A stretch of 64,000 bases of DNA from Candidatus Poribacteria bacterium (lineage in GTDB: Bacteria; Poribacteria; WGA-4E; PCPOR2b): assembly GCA_965116925.1 (NCBI GenBank), contig OZ220744.1:3648001-3712000 (forward strand). The letters are read 5' to 3'. The notes beneath the pieces were generated by a model that saw nothing but the letters and a program-made list of their open reading frames with translations, had not been told where the DNA came from and did not search any database. Positions within the stretch are counted from its first letter, which is position 1. Each line of letters begins with the position of its first letter. Both the position numbers and the translations under genes were made by a program. This document shows, piece after piece, positions 41,323 through 50,386 of this stretch.

Positions 41323-41531
41323 GGTAGCACCGCAGTTAAGTGTGGTAGGCATCAAATGTCTGAAATTATGGGCAAAATCCGAGGCACACCCAGAAATGTC
41401 ATACATCGGTAATACGCCTCGAAACCCCGTGTTCATTGAGGATTTCTCTGATGAATGCCTTGTTGCTGTATGAACGATTTTGCAAGCTTGAGTGCCGATT
41501 TCACTACTCCACACTTTAGTGCAGACCTACC
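41323..41531. mobile_element. 209-bp MITE with GGTAG...CTACC ends and 8-bp target duplication
   Basis: TIRs GGTAGCACCGCAGTTAAGTGTGG / CCACACTTTAGTGCAGACCTACC; ATTAACAC at 41315-41322 and 41532-41539. Confidence 0.8.
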
Positions 41532-41788
41532 ATTAACACTTATCGGACGTTTTAAGCGGTTTTTAGGGAAAATCTGAAAACCTTGATCCAGTCTCAACAC
41601 GCAAAAAATATATCCGATAACAATCGCAAATCGGTTTCTTGCGGAAAAAGCGGGGCGATTTGCGAAAAATAATGTGCTTTGTTCATATTTTTTCCCTTTG
41701 TGAGGCTTCTTAATTTTTGTGTCCTCGATAAAAATTCAGGAGGAATCTTCGTTGCACTCCGTAGACGTTTCAAAGTTGAGGCAAACTT

Positions 41789-42238
41789 ATGGTACGATCT
41801 ATAGATTGGCTCAGACAGTCCGAAGCTGAATTTAAGGCCGCAACAGATCTTTTAAGTACCAACAACTTTGCGTGGTGCTGCTTCACTGCACAACAATCAG
41901 CTGAAAAGTCAATTAAAGCCATCCTAAACCACCTCCAAAATGATGCGTTAGGGCACAACTTAAATACACTAATTCAGGAAATTGAACAACATTTACAGGT
42001 GGATCAAGCCGTCATTAATGCGTGTATCCGATTAAATCGCTTCTACATTCCGAACGTCTCATCGTCACTCCGATAGAATTGAGAAATGTAGACGATGAGA
42101 CGTTCCCGTTATCCAGATGCCTTTGCAAGCGGTGTTCCCGCTGAACAATACTTTGATCAAGATGCAAATCAAGCGGTTCAAGATGCTGAGGAGGTGCTCC
42201 GTTTTGCGAGAACTATTATCCAACCGACCACACGTTGA
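41789..42238 (+). pseudogene. HEPN-domain protein (toxin of a HEPN-MNT pair) interrupted by a 51-bp frame-preserving insert with stops
   Basis: WCCFTAQQSAEKSIKA...GHNL...LNRFYIP|insert|RYPDAFASGVPAEQYFDQDANQAVQDAEEVLRFA* all in one frame. Confidence 0.88.
42052..42105. repeat. Perfect 15-bp inverted repeat flanking a 24-bp core (candidate intragenic inverton)
   Basis: GAACGTCTCATCGTC (42052-42066) / GACGATGAGACGTTC (42091-42105). Confidence 0.95.
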
Positions 42239-42656
42239 AAAGTTATGGGAATTCGTAGATCGAGTCCTCAAGCAGAAAGGTGACGAGATTGAATTCATCG
42301 TTCTGTATGGTTCTATGGCGAAAGGTAACTGGTCAGTCGCTAGCGATTATGATGTGCTGATCGGACTGTGCATTGATGATGGGAAACGTTTCATAGATCG
42401 GCTCTACGACTATTCGCTACTCACCTCTGCTCCAATCGATATTTTTGCGTACAGCCAATCCGAACTCGATCTCATGTTCAGTAACTTTCATTTGACCCTG
42501 TTAGAATCGCTGAACCATGGGATTGTCCTGTTTGACCGAGGGCGATGGGCGGAGATGCAAAAACAATTCAAGGAATGGAAGACATCGGGCGTGATTGAAC
42601 AGATACCTGTGGGTTGGCGGTTTAAGAAAGAACAAGGAAATATCAGAGATAATTGA
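42204..42656 (+). CDS. Minimal nucleotidyltransferase (MNT) antitoxin
   Basis: LYGSMAKG...SDYDVLI...PIDIF; GAGGAGG RBS before TTG 42204; overlaps the HEPN 3' end. Confidence 0.88.
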   Translation: MRELLSNRPHVEKLWEFVDRVLKQKGDEIEFIVLYGSMAKGNWSVASDYDVLIGLCIDDGKRFIDRLYDYSLLTSAPIDIFAYSQSELDLMFSNFHLTLLESLNHGIVLFDRGRWAEMQKQFKEWKTSGVIEQIPVGWRFKKEQGNIRDN

Positions 42657-42790
42657 CGGTTGAAGAGGCGGTAAAGTTTTTGTCGATATGAACTGAAGTT
42701 AATGTGATTGCTCATTTTGTTTACACACTACGGGGTACGCAAGGCATAGATAGCTTGCATCTTTAACCGATAGAAGGAGTTGCTATTGAG

Positions 42791-44398
42791 ATGACAAAGT
42801 ACATCTTCGTAACTGGTGGTGTAATCTCTGGCATCGGAAAGGGAATAACGACAGCATCGCTTGGTCGCTTGCTCATCGATCGTGGGTTCAAGGTTATGGT
42901 GGTTAAAATTGACCCGTACCTCAACTCGGATGCTGGCACAATGAACCCATTCCAACACGGTGAGGTGTTCGTGACGCGGGACGGTGCGGAAACCGATCTC
43001 GATCTCGGCAATTACGAGCGATTCTTGGGAATTGACCTCAATCAATACTCGAACTTTACAACGGGTTCGGTTTACAATGCGGTCATTGCCAAAGAGCGGC
43101 GTGGGGATTATTTGGGCGGGACCGTGCAACTTATCCCGCACATCACCGATGAGATTAAGGAACGCATCTATCAACTGGGGCGCGATAGCGATGCGGAGGT
43201 GGTCATTACGGAGATTGGCGGAACCATTGGAGATTTTGAGACGCCACCGTTTGTGGAAGCGATTCGACAGATGGCGGTAGAGGTCGGACGCGAAAATACG
43301 ATCTTTATTCATGTTTCGTTAATCTATACTCTTCCCAACGGAGAGAGCAAGAGCAAACCGACCCAACATAGCATCCGTACGCTACAAGAGTACGGTATCC
43401 AACCCGATCTCCTAATTTGCCGCACAAGTCAACCGATGGAGGAAGGAATACGGCAGAAAATTTCACTCCTTTGTGGACTTCAGGAGGAATACATCGTTGA
43501 AGGGCTTGACACCGACCTAGTTGATGAGATTCCACTGAACTTCGAGCGACAAGGCATGGGGCGTTTGGTGATAAAGCGACTTGGGTTAGAAGAACGTCAA
43601 TCGAATGGCGTTGAGTGGGCAAAGATGGTTGATAAACTGAAGCACCCCAAACACCGGACCCAGATAGCGATTGTCGGTAAATATGTCCAAGGTTCTGATA
43701 CCTATCTCAGTGTGAAGGAAGCACTCAAACATGGGGGCATTGCCAACGAATCAGCCGTAGATGTCAAATGGATTGAATCTGACCTACTGAGCGACGACCA
43801 AAACTTGGATGAGGAGTTTGAGGGAATTGATGGGATCCTCGTTCCTGGTGGCTTTGGTTACCGGGGCATTGAAGGGATGATTGTTGCATCACGCTATGCA
43901 CGGGAGCAGAAGATTCCATATTTTGGGCTGTGTCTTGGTATGCAGTGCATGGTGATTGATGTTGCACGGCACGTCGCAAAACTGAAAGGTGCAAACAGTG
44001 CCGAGTTTGACGAGGAAACACCCCATCCGGTGATTGATCTGATGCTAAATCAACGAGAACAGACCGATCTCGGTGGCACAATGCGACTTGGACTCTATCC
44101 GTGCGTTCTCAAGGAAAACACAAAAAGCTATGAGGCGTATAAGCAACCCATAATCTTAGAACGACACCGTCACCGATATGAATTGAACAACGATTATCGG
44201 GAAGCCCTTGCATCCGAAGGGTTGTATTTTAGCGGGGTATCGCCCGACGAGAATCTAGTTGAAATCACTGAAGTTGTTGATCATCCGTGGATGGTTGGCT
44301 CGCAGTTCCACCCCGAATTTCAATCCAAGCCACTTGAACCGCATCCACTGTTCCGTGACTTTATTCGGGCTGCATTACATTATCGGCAGCAGCGATAG
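42791..44398 (+). CDS. pyrG: CTP synthase
   Basis: KYIFVTGGVISGIGKG, GEVFVT, KPTQHS, GLCLGMQ, RHRHRYE, QFHPE. Confidence 0.98.
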   Translation: MTKYIFVTGGVISGIGKGITTASLGRLLIDRGFKVMVVKIDPYLNSDAGTMNPFQHGEVFVTRDGAETDLDLGNYERFLGIDLNQYSNFTTGSVYNAVIAKERRGDYLGGTVQLIPHITDEIKERIYQLGRDSDAEVVITEIGGTIGDFETPPFVEAIRQMAVEVGRENTIFIHVSLIYTLPNGESKSKPTQHSIRTLQEYGIQPDLLICRTSQPMEEGIRQKISLLCGLQEEYIVEGLDTDLVDEIPLNFERQGMGRLVIKRLGLEERQSNGVEWAKMVDKLKHPKHRTQIAIVGKYVQGSDTYLSVKEALKHGGIANESAVDVKWIESDLLSDDQNLDEEFEGIDGILVPGGFGYRGIEGMIVASRYAREQKIPYFGLCLGMQCMVIDVARHVAKLKGANSAEFDEETPHPVIDLMLNQREQTDLGGTMRLGLYPCVLKENTKSYEAYKQPIILERHRHRYELNNDYREALASEGLYFSGVSPDENLVEITEVVDHPWMVGSQFHPEFQSKPLEPHPLFRDFIRAALHYRQQR

Positions 44399-44539
44399 CG
44401 AATAATACGTAGCGAGTAAGGAGTTAAAAACCGACCGCTGAGTTGCAGAGGGTGCAGAGCGATTAAAAACAATTTACCTATCTGTGTCTCTGTGGTTTCT
44501 TTTACGCATTACGTATCATGTATTAGGTGGAGGTCCGTT

Positions 44540-45799
44540 ATGTCTAAAAACTACGCTAAGATGTACTCTCGCGCTTGGTATGGCGACGAGGAGATTACAC
44601 TGACGTTTCCCGAAAATTGGGAAGTCACAATGGTCGCGCCTAACGATGCGCCCAAGTTATCGGACGCAGCAATCGAAGCTGCATTCGGTCAGCCTATCGG
44701 TACACCGCGTATTGAAGAAATGGCGCGTGGCAAAAGCGATGCCGTTATCGTCGTGGATGATCTTAGTCGGCCAACGCCTGCAGCGGCGGTTATTCCGCTC
44801 CTACTCCGTGAACTGCACCAAGCGGGCATCCCCAAGAACGAAATTCGCTTTGTTATTGGTCCCGGCTCACATCGTCCTCTCACGGATGAGGAGATAGTGA
44901 AGAAAGTGGGGGCTGATATTGCAGCGTCTTATGAAGTAATAAACCACGACTTTATGAGCGGAAATCTCCGGGCACTGGGGAACCTAGATGAGGGTATGCC
45001 GATCTATATCAACCCAGTTGTGGCAGACGCTGATTTCAAAATCTGCTTGGGCGGTATTTACCCTCACAAAGCGGTCGGATTTGGTGGTGGGGCAAAGTTG
45101 ATTGTGCCCGGTGTATCCGGTTTTTCCACGATGTTCCACTTCCACAATTACTATCCGGGACGAGGTCATGCAGCCGTTGAGAAGCAGTTCGACAAGACTG
45201 ATGCCCGGGATGTCTCAGAAGCGGCTGCCAGAGTCGTTGGAGTGGATGCCATTGTAAACCTCGTCACCAACAGCAGACGCGAAATAGCCGGTCTATTTGT
45301 CGGCGATTTAGTGGAGGCACACCGAGCCGGCGCACGTTTTGCCCTGGAAACCTATGGGACGCAGATCCCAGAGGCTGTTCGCCAAGAAACAGATGTGATC
45401 GTGCTAAACTGCTATCCGATTGACTCGGATGCAATTCAGACCACTAAAACATTCTGGGCACGACGGTATTTTGATGATGTCTACACTATCGCCGTTAATC
45501 CTGCGAGTGATGGGTTCTGCTATCACGGACTCTATGATCTATTAGACTATCCACGTTACCTTAGGCGGAGGGCGCGAAATACCCCGATCGCGTTACCCAC
45601 ACCGAAAATCGAATCTCCAAACCAAGTGCTAGTTTGGTCGGAGAATTTTCCGCCAGATGAGTTTTACAAGGATCATCCCGGCGACATCCTCTATCGTGAG
45701 TGGGATGTACTTGTCAATGCACTTGCGGAGCAGCTGCCTCAGAATGCGAAAGTGGCTGCCTTTCCGTGTGCAAGCATCCAAGTGTTGGCAGAGGAATAG
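44540..45799 (+). CDS. LarA-family nickel-pincer racemase/epimerase homologue
   Basis: DDLSRPTP, GSHRP, NHD, PHKAVGFGGGAKLIVPG motifs. Confidence 0.85.
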   Translation: MSKNYAKMYSRAWYGDEEITLTFPENWEVTMVAPNDAPKLSDAAIEAAFGQPIGTPRIEEMARGKSDAVIVVDDLSRPTPAAAVIPLLLRELHQAGIPKNEIRFVIGPGSHRPLTDEEIVKKVGADIAASYEVINHDFMSGNLRALGNLDEGMPIYINPVVADADFKICLGGIYPHKAVGFGGGAKLIVPGVSGFSTMFHFHNYYPGRGHAAVEKQFDKTDARDVSEAAARVVGVDAIVNLVTNSRREIAGLFVGDLVEAHRAGARFALETYGTQIPEAVRQETDVIVLNCYPIDSDAIQTTKTFWARRYFDDVYTIAVNPASDGFCYHGLYDLLDYPRYLRRRARNTPIALPTPKIESPNQVLVWSENFPPDEFYKDHPGDILYREWDVLVNALAEQLPQNAKVAAFPCASIQVLAEE

Positions 45800-45843
45800 T
45801 TGAAACATAAACCGCGGGATGTCCGAAGTAGGAGGAAACCAAA

Positions 45844-46875
45844 GTGGGAGGAAACCGCATCGAAACAGGGAATCCACTGCGTATGATTGTCGTGGGCAGC
45901 GGTAGAGGGAAGTCGCACGCACGCAGCTTTCTGGCGCGACCCGACAGGTTTGAATTGGTCGGCTTAGTTGATATTGATGAACCGCGTCTTAAAGCCGCTA
46001 TTAGCGATCTCGAATTATCGGACCATCTTGCCTACACTTCATACCCGGAGGCGTTAGAACAGTCGAATTGTGACGGTGTTGTCGTCGCTACTTGGGCGCG
46101 TACGCACGATGAACTGGTGGAGGCTGCAATCGAAGCCGACAAACACGTCATGGTGGAGAAGCCGTTCACACTGGAACTCGCACCCGCCCGGCGACTGACT
46201 GAGAGGGCGGAGGCGCGTGGGCTAAAAATCGTTGTAACGCAACAGTGGCGATACCTGCCCGGCCAGCGCACGGTACGACGTTTGATGACCGAGGGGGCTT
46301 ATGGCGAGCCGCAGACCGGGCACATGTTCTCCTACAAAGCCCGCGGTAGCGAGTATCCCGACTCCGAGCACTCGCAACTCTGGCAGATGACCGTCCACGA
46401 AATTGATTCGCTAATTGCGATGGTGAATCGACCCGTAGCAGAGGTGTTCGGCCATTCTTATCGACCGCCGGAGACGACTTGGAATCGTGAATCCACCGCT
46501 ACCGCCGAAATTACCTTCGATAACGGTGCCCGTTTCGTGATCGTATCTACCTCTGATGCCCGTGTGAACACCAGTGAATTCCGCGCCGAGTGCGAGCATG
46601 GCGCAGTTGTCTTACACAGCCCACAAGGTTTTGGCGGTCCGGAGACTTTGCTGATCGGGAAGAACCGAGCAGCTGAATTGAGTGAGGTAGAGATTGATCC
46701 GGACTTCACTGGCTCACGCCAACTTGATCTGCACGTTGCTACTACGTTTGCCGATTGGGTCAATGGCGGACCTGAGCCGGAGACCAGTGGGCGTAACAAC
46801 CTGCCAGTCCTCGCTACTTTGAATGCCGTCATCGAGTCAGGGGAATCCGGTCGAGCGGTAAGGGTGGAGGTTTAG
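45844..46875 (+). CDS. Gfo/Idh/MocA family oxidoreductase
   Basis: VVGSGRG, HVMVEKP, VHEID. Confidence 0.88.
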   Translation: MGGNRIETGNPLRMIVVGSGRGKSHARSFLARPDRFELVGLVDIDEPRLKAAISDLELSDHLAYTSYPEALEQSNCDGVVVATWARTHDELVEAAIEADKHVMVEKPFTLELAPARRLTERAEARGLKIVVTQQWRYLPGQRTVRRLMTEGAYGEPQTGHMFSYKARGSEYPDSEHSQLWQMTVHEIDSLIAMVNRPVAEVFGHSYRPPETTWNRESTATAEITFDNGARFVIVSTSDARVNTSEFRAECEHGAVVLHSPQGFGGPETLLIGKNRAAELSEVEIDPDFTGSRQLDLHVATTFADWVNGGPEPETSGRNNLPVLATLNAVIESGESGRAVRVEV

Positions 46876-46892
46876 GAACTTTTGACGTACTT

Positions 46893-46922
46893 TGTAGGGA
46901 ACGCAGATCCGCGTTCCCTACA
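46893..46922. repeat. REP-like perfect hairpin (12-bp stem)
   Basis: TGTAGGGAACGC-agatcc-GCGTTCCCTACA. Confidence 0.75.
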
Positions 46923-46934
46923 CAAGGAGAATAT

Positions 46935-48611
46935 ATGAACGTAACAGGTTCACACCTCATCGTCCAAGCATTACAGGCGGAAGGGATAGACCAGATTTTT
47001 ACCCTAGCAGGAGATCACACCCTGCATCTGATGGATGTTATGGCGGATGAGGGATTTAAGTTTATTGATACCCGCCACGAACAGGCTGCGGTGGACATGG
47101 CAAATGCGTGGGGGCGAATCACCGGCTCCCCCGGAATATCAATGTTTACTTCGCCGGGACATGTGAACGCTATCCCCGGACTCGCGCTGGCGTATCACAT
47201 GGAATCGCCGGTCATCAACATCACAGGTTCCGCAGCGCAGAACCAACTGGGACAGGGAATCGCACAACAAGAAATCGATCAGGTTGGGATGGCAAAACCG
47301 ATTACGAAGGGGTCATGGTTCATCTCTGATCCGCACCGGATCCCGGAGTATTTCGCACGCGCGTTCCGCACCGCCTTAGCGGGCAGGCGCGGTCCCATTC
47401 ACCTGACCATCCCTGTAGATGTCCAAAGTGCTGAAGTGGACACGAGCCGAGTACATTTCGACCCACCCGAAGTGTACCGTCGTTCCGGTCAAGTCATGGG
47501 CGATCCAACCCTTGTAAAAGAAGCAATAGAATTGATCCAGAGCGCGCAGCGACCTATGGTGCTAGCGGGAAATGCAACCGACTCCATAAATCGGGAGGAT
47601 TTGCAGCGGTTCTTGGAGATAACGCAGCTTCCGCTGTTTACCGAGGAGATAGCCCGTGGGCTTGTTCCCGATAACCACCCCTACTGCTTCGGATTCGCGG
47701 ACGGACGGGTCAACCTCGTCTCACGCCGCTTGGATGAGGCAGACGTTGTGCTGTTGCTCGGTAAGAAATTGGACTTTACCATCTCCTTCGGCGGACAGCC
47801 GACCCTCGCTGCTAATGTGCGTATCATCCAAGTGGATCCATCAGCGGACCAGATTGGTCTCTCACGCGGCGTGGATGTTGGTATTTTAGGAGATGTCGGT
47901 GCGGTGGTGAAGCAGTTAGCGCAGGAAGCCGAGGGATATCGATGGAATGAAAATCCGATAGTTGAAGAACTCAGAGGCACCCGCGATGCCCAAGAGCAGG
48001 ATTTGGACAGCCGGGGGGCACCAGCCACCCCGTTACACGCGATGTCCGTTCACAAACATCTGCGCTCCCTACTGGGCGAGAATGACTGTTTAATCTTTGA
48101 GGGCAGCGACTTCTCTTTCTATGGAACCCCCTACTATCCCAGTCTTCGTCCTAGACGCTGGTTTACCAATAGCACGCTCGGAATGATCGGCTGGGGCGTA
48201 TCCTATGGCGTGGGTGCTCAAACCGCACTCCCTCAATCCAAAGTGGTGGTGCTCACCGGCGATGGTGCCTTCGGATTCAGTGCGATGGAATTGGACACCG
48301 CCGTGCGGCACAACCTACCCGTAGTCATTGTGATTGGGAACGATAGTGTCTGGGGGATTGACTACCACCAGCAGGTGCAACTCTTCGGAAAAAGTGTGGC
48401 AACCGAGCTGCTGCCCACCCGTTATGACAAGGTGGCGGAAGCGCTCGGTGCGCACGGCGAATATGTTGAGGACGCCCACCAACTACCCGGTGCGTTAGAA
48501 CGCGCCCTCGCCTCGGACAAACCCGCATTAGTCAATGTGCGGATTCAGGCGAACCCCAGTCCATTGACAGAATACATCATTGAGCGGAAAACCGCCTTCA
48601 CCGGAAGATAG
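46935..48611 (+). CDS. ThDP-dependent enzyme (acetolactate synthase / 2-hydroxyacyl-CoA lyase-like)
   Basis: TRHEQAA, GPIHLTIP, GDGAFGFSAMELDTA...GNDSVWG. Confidence 0.9.
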   Translation: MNVTGSHLIVQALQAEGIDQIFTLAGDHTLHLMDVMADEGFKFIDTRHEQAAVDMANAWGRITGSPGISMFTSPGHVNAIPGLALAYHMESPVINITGSAAQNQLGQGIAQQEIDQVGMAKPITKGSWFISDPHRIPEYFARAFRTALAGRRGPIHLTIPVDVQSAEVDTSRVHFDPPEVYRRSGQVMGDPTLVKEAIELIQSAQRPMVLAGNATDSINREDLQRFLEITQLPLFTEEIARGLVPDNHPYCFGFADGRVNLVSRRLDEADVVLLLGKKLDFTISFGGQPTLAANVRIIQVDPSADQIGLSRGVDVGILGDVGAVVKQLAQEAEGYRWNENPIVEELRGTRDAQEQDLDSRGAPATPLHAMSVHKHLRSLLGENDCLIFEGSDFSFYGTPYYPSLRPRRWFTNSTLGMIGWGVSYGVGAQTALPQSKVVVLTGDGAFGFSAMELDTAVRHNLPVVIVIGNDSVWGIDYHQQVQLFGKSVATELLPTRYDKVAEALGAHGEYVEDAHQLPGALERALASDKPALVNVRIQANPSPLTEYIIERKTAFTGR

Positions 48612-48717
48612 TCATAGGTGCGATCTGCTTCAGGGATTGCTAGGTAAACCTGTTTGTCTAGCAATCCCCATTACTACCGGTCAATGGTGGATTTGTTGGA
48701 AAAAACGCTTGGCACAC

Positions 48718-49917
48718 CTATGCCGTTGCGTAATACTCCTCCCAATCCACACCAGCGCGTCCGTTCAGATCCCACTCAACCTGCCCATCAATCAAGGTCA
48801 ATTCACACTCTAGCTTCTGATTCCCTACAAAGAGTGCCCGCCTGACATCTAGGAAACCGAATTCACCCTCATTGAGTTTGAGCACGGCGACATCTGCTAC
48901 CGCTCCAACACTCAAGTGCCCATATTCCGGGCGATTAATCATCTCTGCCGGGGTAATCGTTGACATTTTGATAACATCAAACAGAGAAACACCTATATTC
49001 AGAATCTTTGACATGGTTGTTGCCATGTCCTTCATCCCAGCGTTCATGCTGCCGGTATGGAGGTCTGTCGAAATCGAATCCGGTATCCACCCCTGTTCAA
49101 TGGCAGGTATGGCTTGGTTCCACACAAAACTCCCAGCACCGTGTCCCACGTCAAACTTGACGCCACGTTCCCGCGCTTCAGCGAAATAAGGCTGCAACTT
49201 CCCCTTCTCATCAAACATCGGTATCGCGGCTTGGTACATGTGAGTGCTAATGTCGCCGGGACCTATATGCTCAAGTATCATCTCCGGATAGGGACGCTCC
49301 GGACGAAATGCGCCAAAATCAATCATGGCGAACAAGTTCGTCAATCTCGCAGCTTCCACAGCACGGTCAACCCCAAGCCACTCAGGACCCGCGTAGTGCG
49401 CGGTCTTAATACCCACAACAATATCGGGATAGCGTTCAGCAACTTTCGCCGTTGCTTCGGGCTCCATGTCCGGTATATTCTGCTCGATGGCACCGCCACC
49501 CATGCCGTGTCCCACAATGTTGAGCAGTGCAAAAACACGGGTCTTCGCCCGGTCGATGACGCGGTCTTTGAAGTCGGGGAAATTCCGCCACCCTGAACTC
49601 CCAACATCGAGAACCGTCGTCACACCTGTGCGAAAATTGTATCCATCGGGATATAGGGAGTTGTCGCCGCAGTAGGCGTTGCGCTGACCGGTGCCGGCGT
49701 AGGCGTGGACGTGTATATCGAGTAAGCCGGGCGTGACGTAAAGCCCATCGACATTGACAACCTTTTCTGCATCCGCGCCCGGTATGTTCTCCGCCACACG
49801 CGCAATCTTCCCCTCTGCAATCCCAACATCCATCGCCTGATCGATGTTGTTCTTGGGGTCAATAACGTGACCACCTTTGAGTAACAGATCGAAACCATTC
49901 TGTGTTGTTTCACCCAT
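48718..49917 (-). CDS. Amidohydrolase/deacetylase family metallohydrolase (dihydroorotase-like)
   Basis: PGLLDIHVH, GIK, STH, DVGHG, ISTDLH. Confidence 0.88.
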   Translation of the reverse strand: MGETTQNGFDLLLKGGHVIDPKNNIDQAMDVGIAEGKIARVAENIPGADAEKVVNVDGLYVTPGLLDIHVHAYAGTGQRNAYCGDNSLYPDGYNFRTGVTTVLDVGSSGWRNFPDFKDRVIDRAKTRVFALLNIVGHGMGGGAIEQNIPDMEPEATAKVAERYPDIVVGIKTAHYAGPEWLGVDRAVEAARLTNLFAMIDFGAFRPERPYPEMILEHIGPGDISTHMYQAAIPMFDEKGKLQPYFAEARERGVKFDVGHGAGSFVWNQAIPAIEQGWIPDSISTDLHTGSMNAGMKDMATTMSKILNIGVSLFDVIKMSTITPAEMINRPEYGHLSVGAVADVAVLKLNEGEFGFLDVRRALFVGNQKLECELTLIDGQVEWDLNGRAGVDWEEYYATA

Positions 49918-49976
49918 TAGATTCCTCCATTTCTGAATATGGAATTTTTGGATTTTCTCCTAATTAACGCAAGTTG

Positions 49977-50386
49977 CTAGTACTCAGTCATATAAGTTTT
50001 GCATATCAACAAGGGGGTCGGATCACCCGACCCCTACGAAAGTATTATGAGTCTCAATCCATATAGACAATCATAATTTGCCTGACAGAGTACTAGGGCG
50101 TGTTGACATTTTGAAGCTGCTGATTCGGCAAACGCTGTAATCATCAGGCAATCTGAAATCTGAAAAATGTAGCGCAAACTGTTAGTTTGCAGGCTGGATC
50201 ACAATCTAACAGATCGTGGTACAAAAGCGAACTCTTACGAAACTGCTTTTTGAAAAAGAGGCTTCCCGATGAAAAACGGAGTTGGGTTTCACTCTATCTG
50301 TCTATAAGTAGGTGTTGTTGGACGACTGAATCTCTATTACACTTGACAGAGATTGACGGTTAACCGTTCAACCCAACCTACGGACT
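49977..50386. mobile_element. CTAG-anchored MITE (49977-50096) abutting a one-unit copy of the IS5-like element (50096-50386)
   Basis: Matches to 29900-30018 and to 3720-4005. Confidence 0.75.

Noticed and set aside
42055..42102. Inward-facing BsmBI sites (CGTCTC/GAGACG) as proof of a synthetic cassette
   Set aside because: The second site follows automatically from the inverted repeat and there is no other vector sequence. An artefact is not proven but should be excluded with raw reads.
42050..42107. HEPN insert as a 54-bp mini-transposon with a CC target duplication
   Set aside because: Removing the element plus one CC (56 bp) frameshifts the gene, so it cannot be the ancestral state.
42050..42110. 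T4 gene 60-style translational bypass of the HEPN insert
   Set aside because: Matching take-off/landing codons (CGA 42071/42093, CCG 42050/42106) resume out of frame.
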